From: Gammaproteobacteria bacterium
GTDB taxonomy: Bacteria > Pseudomonadota > Gammaproteobacteria > GCA-001735895
DNA length: 64,000 nt
Direction: 5' to 3'
Assembly: GCA_050298595.1 (NCBI GenBank)
Contig: JBNKUM010000024.1
Span: 1-64,000 of the forward strand
In this document: piece by piece, positions 20,765 through 31,219 of the stretch
How positions within the stretch are numbered: position 1 is the first letter of the stretch
Layout of the letters: every line of letters begins with the position of its first letter
The notes under the pieces: model-generated
The model's input: the letters and a program-made list of their open reading frames with translations, nothing else
Told to the model about the DNA's origin: nothing
Databases searched by the model: none
Position numbers and translations under genes: made by a program

Positions 20765-22309
20765 TCAGACCGGATACTCTTCGAGCAACAAAGAAGTCCC
20801 TTTCATTTCTTCTGGCTTAGCGATGCCCATTAATTGCAGTAGCGTTGGTGCTATAGCTGATAAATTCTCGCCTGTAGTTAATCGCCATGGCACCTCATCG
20901 ATTACCAGGCACGGTACCGGATAAACCGTATGCTGAGTATGCGGCTCTCCGGTTACCGGGTCGACCATTTCATCGCAGTTACCATGATCGGCAGTTAAAA
21001 TTACTGCATAGCCCTCCTCTACCGCCACATCAAGTACTCTACCTACTTCTTTATCCAGAGTTTCTACTGCTTTAATAACTGCATCTCGCACTGCAGTATG
21101 CCCAACCATATCTCCGTTAGCAAAGTTCACTACCAGAAAACTATAATCATGCGATTTCAGAGCTACAATCATCTCGTCCGCCACCTGTTCAGCGCTCATC
21201 TCCGGCATTAAGTCATAGGTAGACACATCTGGAGACGGTATCATTTTACGGTCTTCTCCAGGAAATCGATGCTCTCGACCACCATTAAAGAAAAATGTCA
21301 CATGTGCATATTTCTCAGTTTCTGCGCAATGAAGCTGTTTGAAGCCCGACTGACTGATAATACTACCCAGAGTAACCTTAGGCCTTTCTGGTGGATAAGC
21401 TATTGGGGTAAGAAACTCAGGATCATACTGAGTCATACAGGTAACAGTGATAGGCTCAAAGTCACCACGATCAAAACAGGTAAATTCTCCATGACTAAGG
21501 GCTGCAGTGAGCTGTCGTGAGCGATCATTACGGAAATTAAAAAAGATTAGTTCATCCCCTTTTTCTACCGGGATAAAATCGGGTAATACTGTTGGTTTAA
21601 TAAATTCGTCGGTCTCTCCAGCTTCATAAGCATCGTGCAAGGCAAGTGTAATATTTTTTGCCCTGTGACCTTCTCCATGAACCATTGTCCTCCAGCTCAA
21701 ATCAGTCCTGGCCCAACGACGATCACGATCCATTGCATAATAGCGTCCATGTAGTGTACCTATCACACCGCCATATTCTGATAGCGCCAGTTCCAGTTCA
21801 GGCAGATAATTCATGGCAGATTTTGGTGGTGCATCGCGTCCATCGGTGATCATATGTACCTGAGGTAACACACTATGGCGTGAACAGAGCTTAATCAAAG
21901 CCAGCAAATGATTGAGATGGCTATGCACTCCACCATCAGAAACCAGACCTATCAAATGCAGGGGGCGATTCGATTTCCTGGCATGTTCAATCGCCGAGAG
22001 AAATGCTGGATTAGAATAAAAGCTTTCATCAGCGATGGCATCATCAATTCGAACCAGATCCTGCTTTACAATGGTGCCGCAACCAATTGTCATATGACCT
22101 ACTTCAGAATTACCCATTTGACCAATGGGTAAACCCACCCCCTTTCCGGATGCTTCAAGCGCAGTATGTGGGTGAGAGGAAAAATAGCGATCTAAATTCG
22201 GCGTATTAGCTTCGATTACCGCATTATTAACCTTGCTTGGATTCAAACCAAACCCATCCATGATAATTAAAACAGATGGTCTGCGCGGGACAGATCTCGC
22301 TTCTGGCAT
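20765..22309 (-). CDS. gpmI: 2,3-bisphosphoglycerate-independent phosphoglycerate mutase
   Basis: MGNSEVGH, GRYYAMDRD, AETEKYAHVTFFFNGG, DMVGH, TADHGN. Confidence 0.98.
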   Translation of the reverse strand: MPEARSVPRRPSVLIIMDGFGLNPSKVNNAVIEANTPNLDRYFSSHPHTALEASGKGVGLPIGQMGNSEVGHMTIGCGTIVKQDLVRIDDAIADESFYSNPAFLSAIEHARKSNRPLHLIGLVSDGGVHSHLNHLLALIKLCSRHSVLPQVHMITDGRDAPPKSAMNYLPELELALSEYGGVIGTLHGRYYAMDRDRRWARTDLSWRTMVHGEGHRAKNITLALHDAYEAGETDEFIKPTVLPDFIPVEKGDELIFFNFRNDRSRQLTAALSHGEFTCFDRGDFEPITVTCMTQYDPEFLTPIAYPPERPKVTLGSIISQSGFKQLHCAETEKYAHVTFFFNGGREHRFPGEDRKMIPSPDVSTYDLMPEMSAEQVADEMIVALKSHDYSFLVVNFANGDMVGHTAVRDAVIKAVETLDKEVGRVLDVAVEEGYAVILTADHGNCDEMVDPVTGEPHTQHTVYPVPCLVIDEVPWRLTTGENLSAIAPTLLQLMGIAKPEEMKGTSLLLEEYPV

Positions 22310-22501
22310 TTATGAAACTCTTATATATATTCAGCTAAAACAGATTTCATTATACACCAATCATCTGATACTGTGAGCAAGCATATTTGTAGCATTTTTT
22401 ACACTTAATTTTCGTGCACATGGGTAAAATAAGCTTGCGCCAAAGTCACGACTCCTGTTTACCTGGCTACAGTTCTAAATTAATGAACGCTGAATCGAAG
22501 T

Positions 22502-23023
22502 TTAGACAAAAGCATCAAATTGTCGACCAACTCGAGATTCTCCACTCAAGCTGGATTGCTTAATAACATCCACACGAGCCTGTTGAATAAGGGAGGTAGC
22601 CCGGGCAGCAACCACGCGATCCTGAGCCGAGGGGTTTACTGGCGCTAATGCGGCCCTTAATACAATCTGAGCTTTTGTTAAAGTAGCTTGAGGATCACCC
22701 GGAACTTCACTGGTATCAATACTAACCTCACCAGACACCGCGTAGTTGCGTCCATCTGAACCTCTTTCATACTGAAATTTTGCACCCGAGGTTACGTATC
22801 TTCCGCCGACAGTGAGATGAGCTAGCTCATGCGCTCGTACTGCTCTGTCTATGGTTTTTAACTGTTGCAACTGCCGTTGCTGGTTTAACTTGTTTTCTAA
22901 ATCCTGCGATCTGGAAGATTCAGGGGCTTTACTGAGAGGATTATTGGTGGGCTGTTCAGATTTTGACCGAGTAGTACTATAAGGCCTGAGCGAAGTTAAA
23001 TGACTGGAAGCATTTACCTGCAT
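22502..23023 (-). CDS. SprA-related family protein (HExxH putative metalloprotein)
   Basis: DRAVRAHELAH...GSDGRNYAVSGEVSID...AALAPVNPSAQD. Confidence 0.8.
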   Translation of the reverse strand: MQVNASSHLTSLRPYSTTRSKSEQPTNNPLSKAPESSRSQDLENKLNQQRQLQQLKTIDRAVRAHELAHLTVGGRYVTSGAKFQYERGSDGRNYAVSGEVSIDTSEVPGDPQATLTKAQIVLRAALAPVNPSAQDRVVAARATSLIQQARVDVIKQSSLSGESRVGRQFDAFV

Positions 23024-23044
23024 ACCCCTCCTCTTTCGCCATGG

Positions 23045-23287
23045 TCATGCCTGGATATCTAACAAAGTGCCAACTCGTTCTCCAGCTGCCTGTAAAGAGC
23101 GCGCATTCAATTGCAGACTATTCACAATTTCAGTCTGTTCAGTGGTTGCTCTATCCTGAGTCTGGATGTCTCGTGCACGAGTAGATTCTGTATTTGCTAC
23201 AGCACTGACATTTTGTTCGGGATTCTGGCGTAGTGCCCTGACTCCCTGATATGCAGCAGTTAAGGAATTCGCAATTTCCATTACCAT
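23045..23287 (-). CDS. Small hypothetical protein with flagellar-axial-like C-terminus
   Basis: 80 aa ending ARSLQAAGERVGTLLDIQA; co-oriented, 21 bp upstream of the SprA-related gene. Confidence 0.7.
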   Translation of the reverse strand: MVMEIANSLTAAYQGVRALRQNPEQNVSAVANTESTRARDIQTQDRATTEQTEIVNSLQLNARSLQAAGERVGTLLDIQA

Positions 23288-23450
23288 GCTCGTAACTATT
23301 GTTCGTATTATAATTCTAGCAAAATCGGGGGCCTAACCGCAAAATCCAACTGAGAATGCTCCTCAAAAAGACTATTTAACAGATAAACGGTATAAAGTTT
23401 TCAGAATTCAGCCGGTATTGACATGAGTTTTTGCTTTGAAAGTTTAAGAT

Positions 23451-23984
23451 TTAATACACTTGATCCGAATCCGTGACCTGAGTACTGGAGCTGGAAGCCT
23501 TAAATTGCTGGTATTCGAGGCGGAGATCAGAGAGGTTTTGTGGCAAGAAATAAAGCAGTCGAGTTTTATAGGCAGCCCAGTCCTGATACATCAGAATTTT
23601 CACCCCATCGGATAACCACTGATGACGATTATCCGAGTAAAACCTACCCCTGACCGTCTCTGGTTTACCATATTTTATGGTCAGTTTCTGGATCATTTGC
23701 GGATGATGCAAGCCCTCTAATTGATACTCCACAAAGGCGAGTCGGTTATCTTTTTTAAAATAACCAAGATAGAGTCTTGAAGAGCCCTGTAGTAATGAGC
23801 CACTGCCATATTCGTCAAAAAAATCGTCTCTACCGGCTTCCTTAATCAGTTTGGCGCCACTATTCCTTACCGCAGTGCGCATTTCATCTCTGGTTGCCTG
23901 CTGCAAGTCGATCCCAAACAGCATGGTAGCCGCATACACAGGATTAAAAATCATGAAGAGCGAAAATATAATGAGCCGATACAT
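23451..23984 (-). CDS. Hypothetical exported protein
   Basis: 177 aa with a signal peptide ending VYA; no recognised motif. Confidence 0.75.
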   Translation of the reverse strand: MYRLIIFSLFMIFNPVYAATMLFGIDLQQATRDEMRTAVRNSGAKLIKEAGRDDFFDEYGSGSLLQGSSRLYLGYFKKDNRLAFVEYQLEGLHHPQMIQKLTIKYGKPETVRGRFYSDNRHQWLSDGVKILMYQDWAAYKTRLLYFLPQNLSDLRLEYQQFKASSSSTQVTDSDQVY

Positions 23985-24013
23985 TTCAGTATTGCCTTAA
24001 CAGGATAATCTGG

Positions 24014-24039
24014 TTATCGGCAATTAAACGGAATCTTGA
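24014..24039 (-). promoter_or_regulatory. Putative sigma28 (FliA) promoter
   Basis: TCAAG-13bp-GCCGATAA on the minus strand, 30 bp upstream of ATG 23984. The -10 is perfect; the spacer is one base short of consensus. Confidence 0.55.
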
Positions 24040-24063
24040 ATCCGCGATTAATTCCCCCGCTTA

Positions 24064-25152
24064 TCAGGGACCATAATCCTCGGGCGTAGGCGGTACAGGC
24101 TTATCCTTTTTCGGGTCATCCTCATCAACAGCGGAATCCTTCTCTACATCAGCCGACACTTCTTCTGCATCATCAGATGGCACAGAATCCTCATCGTCTT
24201 CATCTTCGGCATCCATACGATCCAGCTCAGCATCCATTTCATCTTCGGTCAATGGTTCATACTCATTATGCCCGCTATCCAGACCGGCTTCGGCGGGATC
24301 ATCAACAACCTCATAATCATCATCAAAAGCCGATTCACTCGCATACGCAGCCTCCTGCTCAGCTTCCTCAGCAGCCATAGCCGCATCCTCTTCTTCCTGC
24401 TTTTTTAGTCGATCAGCAAAAATATAGGCCGAGGTTAAAACGCCTGCCTCAAACAGCAACCACATGGGGAATGCTAGTAACACCTGAGAAATCACGTCAG
24501 GCGGGGTTAATAGCATACCAATAATAAAAGCCGCTACTATTACGTAAGGACGCTTTTCCGCCAGTTTTTTGGGCGTAGTCATACCAACAGCCACCAGCAA
24601 AATAGTAGCGATGGGCACTTCGAAAGCCAGGCCAAAACCTAAAAACAGCGATAACACAAAATCAAGGTAGCGCCCAATATCAGTAGATATACTGACAATT
24701 TCCGGTCCCACCGAGGTGAAAAAACCAAACACCAAAGGGAATACCACGTAATAAGCGAACAGCATTCCGCAGTAAAACAAAACAATACTGGATGCCAGTA
24801 GCGGACCAGCCAGCTTCTTTTCGTGCTTATACAATCCCGGCGCGATAAAGCCCCAGATCTGATACAGAATAAAGGGCATAGCCAGAAAAACCGATAACAT
24901 CAGTACTAGTTTAAAAGGGGTAAGAAAAGGAGATGCCACATCAATGGCAATCATTTTAGAGCCTTCTGGCATATGCTGGGTCAAAGGTTCAGCCAGATAG
25001 GTATAAATATCGTTGGCCCAGTAAAACAGGCAGAGAAAAACAAATAATACCGATAGGACTATACGCAACAGGCGGTCACGCAACTCAACCAGATGAGACA
25101 TAAAGCTCATCGAATTTGATTCTTCGACTGGTTCCTGATCGGCTTCTTGCAT
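24064..25152 (-). CDS. tatC: Twin-arginine translocase TatC with long acidic C-terminal tail
   Basis: HLVELRDRL, FIAPGLY, AFEVP, TPPDVISQ. Confidence 0.96.
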   Translation of the reverse strand: MQEADQEPVEESNSMSFMSHLVELRDRLLRIVLSVLFVFLCLFYWANDIYTYLAEPLTQHMPEGSKMIAIDVASPFLTPFKLVLMLSVFLAMPFILYQIWGFIAPGLYKHEKKLAGPLLASSIVLFYCGMLFAYYVVFPLVFGFFTSVGPEIVSISTDIGRYLDFVLSLFLGFGLAFEVPIATILLVAVGMTTPKKLAEKRPYVIVAAFIIGMLLTPPDVISQVLLAFPMWLLFEAGVLTSAYIFADRLKKQEEEDAAMAAEEAEQEAAYASESAFDDDYEVVDDPAEAGLDSGHNEYEPLTEDEMDAELDRMDAEDEDDEDSVPSDDAEEVSADVEKDSAVDEDDPKKDKPVPPTPEDYGP

Positions 25153-25520
25153 TACGACTGGCTTATTTTATTTTCTGGGGAGGGGGTGGGCGGAGTTGAA
25201 TCAACTTCAACCTCAGCTTTTACTTCGTCTGCTACCTGCTCCACATCCCGCTTGATGGAGTCAAGATCCGCATCATGACGGGTTTCATTCACGACATCCT
25301 TAAGAGATTGCAGTTCATCCTGTTGCTGTTTGAGCATGCGCTGTAACTCATCGGTGCGAAACTCACGCTCTACATCGGTTCGAACGTTGGATACAAAACG
25401 ACGCAGGCGTGCAACATAGGTCCCAGCCTTACGCGCGACAGTGGGCAAACGCTCAGGCCCAATCACTAACAGTGCCACGATGCCAACGATAAGCATCTCG
25501 GCAAAACTGAAATCAAACAT
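25152..25520 (-). CDS. tatB: TatB
   Basis: MFDFSFAEMLIVGIVALLVIGPERLP. Confidence 0.96.
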   Translation of the reverse strand: MFDFSFAEMLIVGIVALLVIGPERLPTVARKAGTYVARLRRFVSNVRTDVEREFRTDELQRMLKQQQDELQSLKDVVNETRHDADLDSIKRDVEQVADEVKAEVEVDSTPPTPSPENKISQS

Positions 25521-25526
25521 ATAGAG

Positions 25527-25739
25527 TTAAACTTTGTCTTTATCTTCGCTGACTTTACCTTCGATAACATTACTGTCATCTGCGGGAGTCTTTTCTTCTT
25601 CTTTCACTGCTTTTTTAAAGCTGCGAATGGCACCGCCCAGGTCATTACCGACATTACGTAACTTTTTGGTTCCAAATAATAAAACCACAATCGCCAGAAT
25701 TAATAATAAAGACCAAATACTTATTCCACCAAAACCCAT
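25527..25739 (-). CDS. tatA: TatA
   Basis: [28 protein letters not shown]. Confidence 0.96.
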   Translation of the reverse strand: MGFGGISIWSLLLILAIVVLLFGTKKLRNVGNDLGGAIRSFKKAVKEEEKTPADDSNVIEGKVSEDKDKV

Positions 25740-25758
25740 ACATCACCTCATTAGAAAG

Positions 25759-26073
25759 TTATCTGGACGCTTTTTCTTCCAGCCCGGAAAGACCAAAACG
25801 TCGTTCAAGTTCTTTTAACACCTGATCTGCTGATAATCCACTATGTGCCAACAAAACCAGGCAATGAAACCATAAATCAGCCATTTCATAAATAATCTGC
25901 CCATTGTCATCGCCTTTCGCAGCAATAATGGTTTCAGCAGACTCTTCGCCGATTTTCTTTAGAATACTATCCAGACCTTTTTTATACAGGCTAGCCACAT
26001 AAGACGAACCCGGGTCTGCCTGTTTGCGCTCTTCGAGCACCTGCATCAGTTGTGCGAGTATATCATCACTCAT
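25759..26073 (-). CDS. hisE: Phosphoribosyl-ATP pyrophosphatase
   Basis: [20 protein letters not shown]. Confidence 0.96.
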   Translation of the reverse strand: MSDDILAQLMQVLEERKQADPGSSYVASLYKKGLDSILKKIGEESAETIIAAKGDDNGQIIYEMADLWFHCLVLLAHSGLSADQVLKELERRFGLSGLEEKASR

Positions 26074-26453
26074 TTATAAATCTCTGCCGGATCTTTAATT
26101 ACATTTTCATCCGCTACCCATTCGCCATTACTCAGGACTCGAAAAAAACAACGTTTACGCCCGGTATGGCAGGCTATGCCACCCATCTGATCAACCTGCA
26201 ACAGAACCACATCAGCATCACAGTCTATACGTAATTCCCGAAGTTTTTGCACATGCCCCGATTCTTCGCCCTTAAACCACAGTTTCTGACGTGAGCGCGA
26301 CCAGTAAACAGCCTGTTGTTTCTCTATCGTTAGCGCTAAAGACTGACGATTCATCCAGGCCATCATTAACACTTCACCAGAATCAGCATCCTGAGCAATA
26401 GCGGGCACCAGGCCATCGCTGTCCCATTTGATCTGATCCAGTACCTCAGTCAT
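26070..26453 (-). CDS. hisI: Phosphoribosyl-AMP cyclohydrolase
   Basis: [26 protein letters not shown]. Confidence 0.97.
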   Translation of the reverse strand: MTEVLDQIKWDSDGLVPAIAQDADSGEVLMMAWMNRQSLALTIEKQQAVYWSRSRQKLWFKGEESGHVQKLRELRIDCDADVVLLQVDQMGGIACHTGRKRCFFRVLSNGEWVADENVIKDPAEIYK

Positions 26454-27226
26454 TAATCTCTAACCTCTATTCCACAGCTTTTCATGAACTGCTTCACTTC
26501 GCTGATACGATATTCGCCAAAATGAAAGATACTGGCTGCCAGCACCGCATCTGCCTTGCCTTCAAGTACGCCATCAGCCATGTGCTGTAACGTCCCTACA
26601 CCACCGGAAGCGATAACTGGTATCTTTACGGTTTCTGACACCTGGCGGTTTAACTCATTATCAAACCCCTGTTTGGTTCCATCGCGATCCATACTGGTGA
26701 GCAGGATTTCACCGGCACCGTATTCATCCATTTTCGCGACCCATTCCAGTGCATCTATACCAGTTGGTTTACGTCCTCCGTGGGTAAAGATTTCCCAACG
26801 ATTCGGTTCGCCTGCCTGACTGACTTTTTTAGCGTCTACTGCAACCACTATGCATTGTGATCCAAACCGGTCAGACGCCTGCTTTACAAAATCAGGATTG
26901 AACACCGCTGCGGTATTGATACCGACCTTGTCGGCACCTGCGTTAAGCATTCTGCGCACATCGCTGATTTCGCGAATACCACCGCCTACCGTCAAGGGAA
27001 TGAAAACCTCACTGGCGACAGCTTCCACCACATGCACCATGGTTTCACGATCATCTGAACTGGCGGTAATATCCAGAAATGTTATCTCGTCTGCACCTTC
27101 CAGATTGTAACGACGTGCATTTTCAACCGGATCACCGGCATCTCGAATTTCGACAAACTTAACGCCTTTTACGACGCGACCATTGTCGACATCTAGACAA
27201 GGGATGATACGTTTAGCGAGTGACAT
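26453..27226 (-). CDS. hisF: Imidazole glycerol phosphate synthase cyclase subunit
   Basis: [20 protein letters not shown]. Confidence 0.98.
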   Translation of the reverse strand: MSLAKRIIPCLDVDNGRVVKGVKFVEIRDAGDPVENARRYNLEGADEITFLDITASSDDRETMVHVVEAVASEVFIPLTVGGGIREISDVRRMLNAGADKVGINTAAVFNPDFVKQASDRFGSQCIVVAVDAKKVSQAGEPNRWEIFTHGGRKPTGIDALEWVAKMDEYGAGEILLTSMDRDGTKQGFDNELNRQVSETVKIPVIASGGVGTLQHMADGVLEGKADAVLAASIFHFGEYRISEVKQFMKSCGIEVRD

Positions 27227-27228
27227 AT

Positions 27229-27960
27229 TTAATGTCCATCAATATAGCTTTGGGCTTCGGCCAGATTAACGGTACGTTCATATAGCGCTCGTCCAATAAT
27301 CACACCTTCAATACCCGAGCTTTTCACTTCATTCAAGCGCTTGATGTCATCCAGATTGGTGACTCCGCCAGAGGCAATCACTGGAATCGAAATCGCTTCA
27401 GCCAGTTGCTGGGTGGCTTCTACATTAACCCCCTGCATCATGCCGTCACGACTGATATCAGTGTACACAATACTGGCCACACCCTGGTCTTCAAATCTCT
27501 TCGCCAGATCAAGCGCTGAATGCCCGGATGACTCGGCCCAGCCATGGACAGCAACCATGCCATTTTTGGCATCGATACCAACGATTACATGACCAGGAAA
27601 TTCGGCGCATAACTCGGTGACAAACTCAGGTTTTTTTACTGCCTGAGTACCGATAATGACATAATCCACTCCAGCTGCCAGATAGGCTTCCACCGTATCT
27701 ACAGTTCGGATTCCACCGCCAATTTGAATGGGCAAATCCGGATATGCTGTTGAAATGCTTTCTATCACATCAGCATTTACTGGCTGGCCTTCAAATGCGC
27801 CATCAAGGTCGACCAAATGTAATCGCTTGGCGCCTTGCATCACCCACTTACTGGCCATAGAGACTGGATCATCCGAAAATACGGTGCTGTCTTCCATATT
27901 GCCCTGACGCAGGCGAACGCATTGCCCCTGCTTTAAATCGATTGCCGGTATCAAAATCAT
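27229..27960 (-). CDS. hisA: ProFAR isomerase
   Basis: [25 protein letters not shown]; start 27960 overlaps the hisH stop. Confidence 0.97.
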   Translation of the reverse strand: MILIPAIDLKQGQCVRLRQGNMEDSTVFSDDPVSMASKWVMQGAKRLHLVDLDGAFEGQPVNADVIESISTAYPDLPIQIGGGIRTVDTVEAYLAAGVDYVIIGTQAVKKPEFVTELCAEFPGHVIVGIDAKNGMVAVHGWAESSGHSALDLAKRFEDQGVASIVYTDISRDGMMQGVNVEATQQLAEAISIPVIASGGVTNLDDIKRLNEVKSSGIEGVIIGRALYERTVNLAEAQSYIDGH

Positions 27961-28604
27961 GCCTGACCATCCCATTCAACAAAATTGGTTAATAACTGTA
28001 AACCTGCATCAGCACTTTTTTCCGGATGGCACTGCAGGGCAAAAACATTATCTTTGGCCACAGCACAGGTAAATGTTCTGCCATAATGGCAATTCCCCAC
28101 TTCCAGGTCAGGACTTTCCGTTTCTAGATAATAGCTGTGTACGAAATAAAAACGGCTATGATCAGCGATTTTATTCCATAAAGGATGTGCACGGGTCTGA
28201 TTAACTTCATTCCAGCCCATATGCGGCACCTTTAAACGCTCACCGTTGGCTTCGGTTAAATGATCCCCAAAATAGCGCACTTCGCCGGGATAAAAACCCA
28301 TCAGGTTTGTTCCCTGATTTTCCTCGCTGGCATGCACCAGCACCTGCATGCCCATACAGATGCCCAGAAAAGGCTTGTTGCGGGCAGCTTCAAGAATTGT
28401 TTCGCGTAAAGCACATTCATCGATTGCATGCATACAATCTCGCGCGGCCCCCTGTCCAGGAAACACCACTTTATCGGCTTTAGCCAGTTCTACTTGCGAT
28501 GAGGTCAAAATCACCTTTTGATTCTTGCTGACCACATGCTCTAATGCTTTGGTAACCGAGCGTAGATTGCCCATACCATAATCAATAACTGCGATGGTTT
28601 GCAT
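27957..28604 (-). CDS. hisH: Imidazole glycerol phosphate synthase glutaminase subunit
   Basis: [22 protein letters not shown]. Confidence 0.97.
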   Translation of the reverse strand: MQTIAVIDYGMGNLRSVTKALEHVVSKNQKVILTSSQVELAKADKVVFPGQGAARDCMHAIDECALRETILEAARNKPFLGICMGMQVLVHASEENQGTNLMGFYPGEVRYFGDHLTEANGERLKVPHMGWNEVNQTRAHPLWNKIADHSRFYFVHSYYLETESPDLEVGNCHYGRTFTCAVAKDNVFALQCHPEKSADAGLQLLTNFVEWDGQA

Positions 28605-28608
28605 AGAC

Positions 28609-29202
28609 TTATAAACTGCCCTTAGTGGAAGGAATTATACCCGCCATTCGATCATCCGCCGTCATCGCAACACGAATCGCGCGACCAAATGCCTTGAAAA
28701 TAGTCTCGGCGATATGATGTGCGTTTTTACCCTGCAGGTTATCAATATGCAGGGTTGCCAGAGCATGATTGACAAAGCCCTGGAAAAACTCATGAATCAG
28801 GTCCACATCGAATGAGCCTATGGTGGCACGCGGATATTCAACCCGGTACTCAATACCTGGGCGGCCTGAGAAATCGATTACCACTCGTGATAGAGCTTCA
28901 TCCAGCGGCACATAAGCAAAACCATAGCGTTGCAAACCTTTTTTATCACCCAGTGCTTTAGCAAAGGCCTGCCCCAGGGTAATCCCTATATCCTCTGCTG
29001 TGTGGTGATCATCAATATGTAAATCGCCTTTAGCGGTTATTTCAATATCCACCAGGCCGTGGCGCGCTATCTGGTCCAGCATATGTTCCAGAAAAGGAAT
29101 ACCGGTATCCAGTTTCGACTGGCCTGTTCCATCCAGATTCACGCTTACTGTGATCTGGGTTTCCAGAGTATTTCGCGTAATGGTTGCAGTGCGTTGCGGC
29201 AT
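28609..29202 (-). CDS. hisB: Imidazoleglycerol-phosphate dehydratase (monofunctional)
   Basis: [22 protein letters not shown]. Confidence 0.97.
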   Translation of the reverse strand: MPQRTATITRNTLETQITVSVNLDGTGQSKLDTGIPFLEHMLDQIARHGLVDIEITAKGDLHIDDHHTAEDIGITLGQAFAKALGDKKGLQRYGFAYVPLDEALSRVVIDFSGRPGIEYRVEYPRATIGSFDVDLIHEFFQGFVNHALATLHIDNLQGKNAHHIAETIFKAFGRAIRVAMTADDRMAGIIPSTKGSL

Positions 29203-29529
29203 AGATCAATACATCAATAAAATTGGTTGCTGATAATAATCTGAGCGCAGCTAAAAATACAGCCTTTAGCAGTATTTATAATTTATCCAGCCACTCGGCC
29301 ACTCCTTCAAGCAGCGCTGCTGCCCAAGCTAGTAAAAAATAATGATTAGCCAGAGGAATCTTTATACTGTGTCATACTGCCTGGCAACAACAGCATTATT
29401 ATTTTATTCACCTGCCTAACTCCCGCTGAATCATCTTTTTTATTGTTTTAAGGCTCCTCTGATGTGTATGTTATGTCTCTGTACATTGATTGCGCATCAG
29501 CCTGTGAGTCAGAGATACAACATAATTCC

Positions 29530-29970
29530 TCAGGGGTGCCTTAATATAAATGTAACCGGTCCATCATTTTGCAGGTATACCTGCATGTCCGCGCCAAATT
29601 CTCCATAGGCAACCTTTAACTGTAAACCAGCAGACAGAAGTTTCAACTCACTGAACAGGTTGCAGCCTGTTTGAGGATCTGCCGCTGAGGTAAAACTGGG
29701 CCGTCGCCCGCGCTCAGTATCTGCGGCCAGGGTGAATTGTGGGACCAGTAATAATTCACCCTGAATATCATGCAAAGACAGATTCATCTTATCTTCCGTA
29801 TCGGCAAACACTCGATAATGAAGTATACGCTCCAGCATTCGAGCAAGCTTTTTACTATCATCGAGTGGTTCGAAACCAACAAATGCCAACAGGCCTTGCC
29901 TGATACTACCAATTACGTTTTGATTAACCTCTACTCGGGCAGACTTCACCCTTTGAATTAATACGATCAT
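29530..29970 (-). CDS. dtd: D-aminoacyl-tRNA deacylase
   Basis: IQRV, VPQFTL, GRRPSF, NDGPVT. Confidence 0.97.
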   Translation of the reverse strand: MIVLIQRVKSARVEVNQNVIGSIRQGLLAFVGFEPLDDSKKLARMLERILHYRVFADTEDKMNLSLHDIQGELLLVPQFTLAADTERGRRPSFTSAADPQTGCNLFSELKLLSAGLQLKVAYGEFGADMQVYLQNDGPVTFILRHP

Positions 29971-30911
29971 GAAACTATTTCAGCCATTGCATTGGTACTT
30001 TGTATCAAAGCCTGTGCAATACCTTTCTCGGATGCTGAGTGCCCGGCATCCGGTATAATTTTCAGCTGGCTTTTCGGCCACCGTTTATTCAAGGCAAATG
30101 CCTGATCTATGGGACAAATGGCATCGTAGCGCCCCTGCACAATAAAGCCGGGGATATGTTTAATCTTATCCATATTTTCCAGTAACTGGTTTTCCTTGAT
30201 AAACCCTTTATTAATAAAGTAATGACATTCTATACGCGCAATACTGAGTGCGGTATGTGGGTCTGAAAAATAATCCAGCACCTTGCTACTTGGCCTCAGA
30301 GTTGCTGTGCTACCTTCCCATATCGACCACGCCTTGGCGGCAGCCATGCGCTCCAGCTCATTATCACTGGTTAAACGCCGATGATAAGCTGCAATCATAT
30401 CCTGCCTTTCATATTTAGGTATAGGTTGTAAAAAAGCCTGCCATGCTTCGGGGAACAGCCTTGAGGCACCCAGCTGATAAAACCAGTCAATATCCTGTTG
30501 CCTGCATAAAAATATTCCTCGTAACACCAGCCCAAGCACTTTATCTGGATGCGCCTGTGCGTAGGCTAAAGCCAGCGTCGCCCCCCAGGAACCACCGAAT
30601 AATATCCATCTATCGATACCCAACTCCAGGCGCAGTTTTTCCATATCTTCAATCAAGTTCTGGGTAGTATTGTGCTGTAAGCTGGCATGTGGTCGAGATT
30701 TTCCACAGCCACGCTGATCAAACAGAATAATGCGGTATTTTTCTGGGTCAAAGAATCGTCGATGCACAGGTTCACAACTACCTCCGGGACCGCCATGCAG
30801 GAAAACTACTGGAATGCCAGCCATATTCCCGCATTGCTCCACATACAACTCATGTACGCTGGAAACCTGGAGATAAAAATGACTATCTGGCTGGATCGAG
30901 GGGAAAAGCAT
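29967..30911 (-). CDS. pip: Proline iminopeptidase
   Basis: HGGPG, DQRGCG, GGSWG, AGHS. Confidence 0.96.
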   Translation of the reverse strand: MLFPSIQPDSHFYLQVSSVHELYVEQCGNMAGIPVVFLHGGPGGSCEPVHRRFFDPEKYRIILFDQRGCGKSRPHASLQHNTTQNLIEDMEKLRLELGIDRWILFGGSWGATLALAYAQAHPDKVLGLVLRGIFLCRQQDIDWFYQLGASRLFPEAWQAFLQPIPKYERQDMIAAYHRRLTSDNELERMAAAKAWSIWEGSTATLRPSSKVLDYFSDPHTALSIARIECHYFINKGFIKENQLLENMDKIKHIPGFIVQGRYDAICPIDQAFALNKRWPKSQLKIIPDAGHSASEKGIAQALIQSTNAMAEIVS

Positions 30912-30924
30912 GCTTTATATTCCT

Positions 30925-30942
30925 TGTAGGATTTACCCTACA
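30925..30942. promoter_or_regulatory. GacA/UvrY-box-like palindrome
   Basis: TGTAGG-atttac-CCTACA versus the known consensus TGTAAG-N6-CTTACA; 47 bp upstream of a TACAAT -10 box at 30990-30995. Confidence 0.7.
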
Positions 30943-31001
30943 CAATCTATCTGTAACCGCTGACACGAATGAAGGTTATTAACACTATGTACAATCAATC
31001 A

Positions 31002-31170
31002 AGCATGACATCATACCACCACGTTCTAAGGATAGAGCCTAAAGGATTTAACCAAAGTAGCAGGACAGCTCGATAAGGAAGGCACTATCTCAAGGATGTT
31101 TAATTAAGTCAATCACAGGGCCAGGATGGCCATAAAGCCTCAGTCAGGGATTAGATTGAGGCTTTTTTTT
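31002..31170 (+). ncRNA. CsrA/RsmA-sequestering sRNA (CsrB/RsmXYZ type); 5' end approximate
   Basis: Seven A(G)GGA motifs, most in short stem loops; upstream GacA-like box and -10; ends in an intrinsic terminator. Confidence 0.8.
31134..31170 (+). terminator. Rho-independent terminator of the sRNA
   Basis: AAAGCCTCAGTC-loop-GATTGAGGCTTTTTTTT. Confidence 0.85.
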
Positions 31171-31219
31171 GCCCGTAATAACCCCTATCATCTCGGGCAA
31201 CTCATTTAGCGATAATCCA

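Noticed and set aside
29203-29529. Histidine attenuator leader peptide
   Set aside because: No run of His codons and no terminator/antiterminator pair seen.
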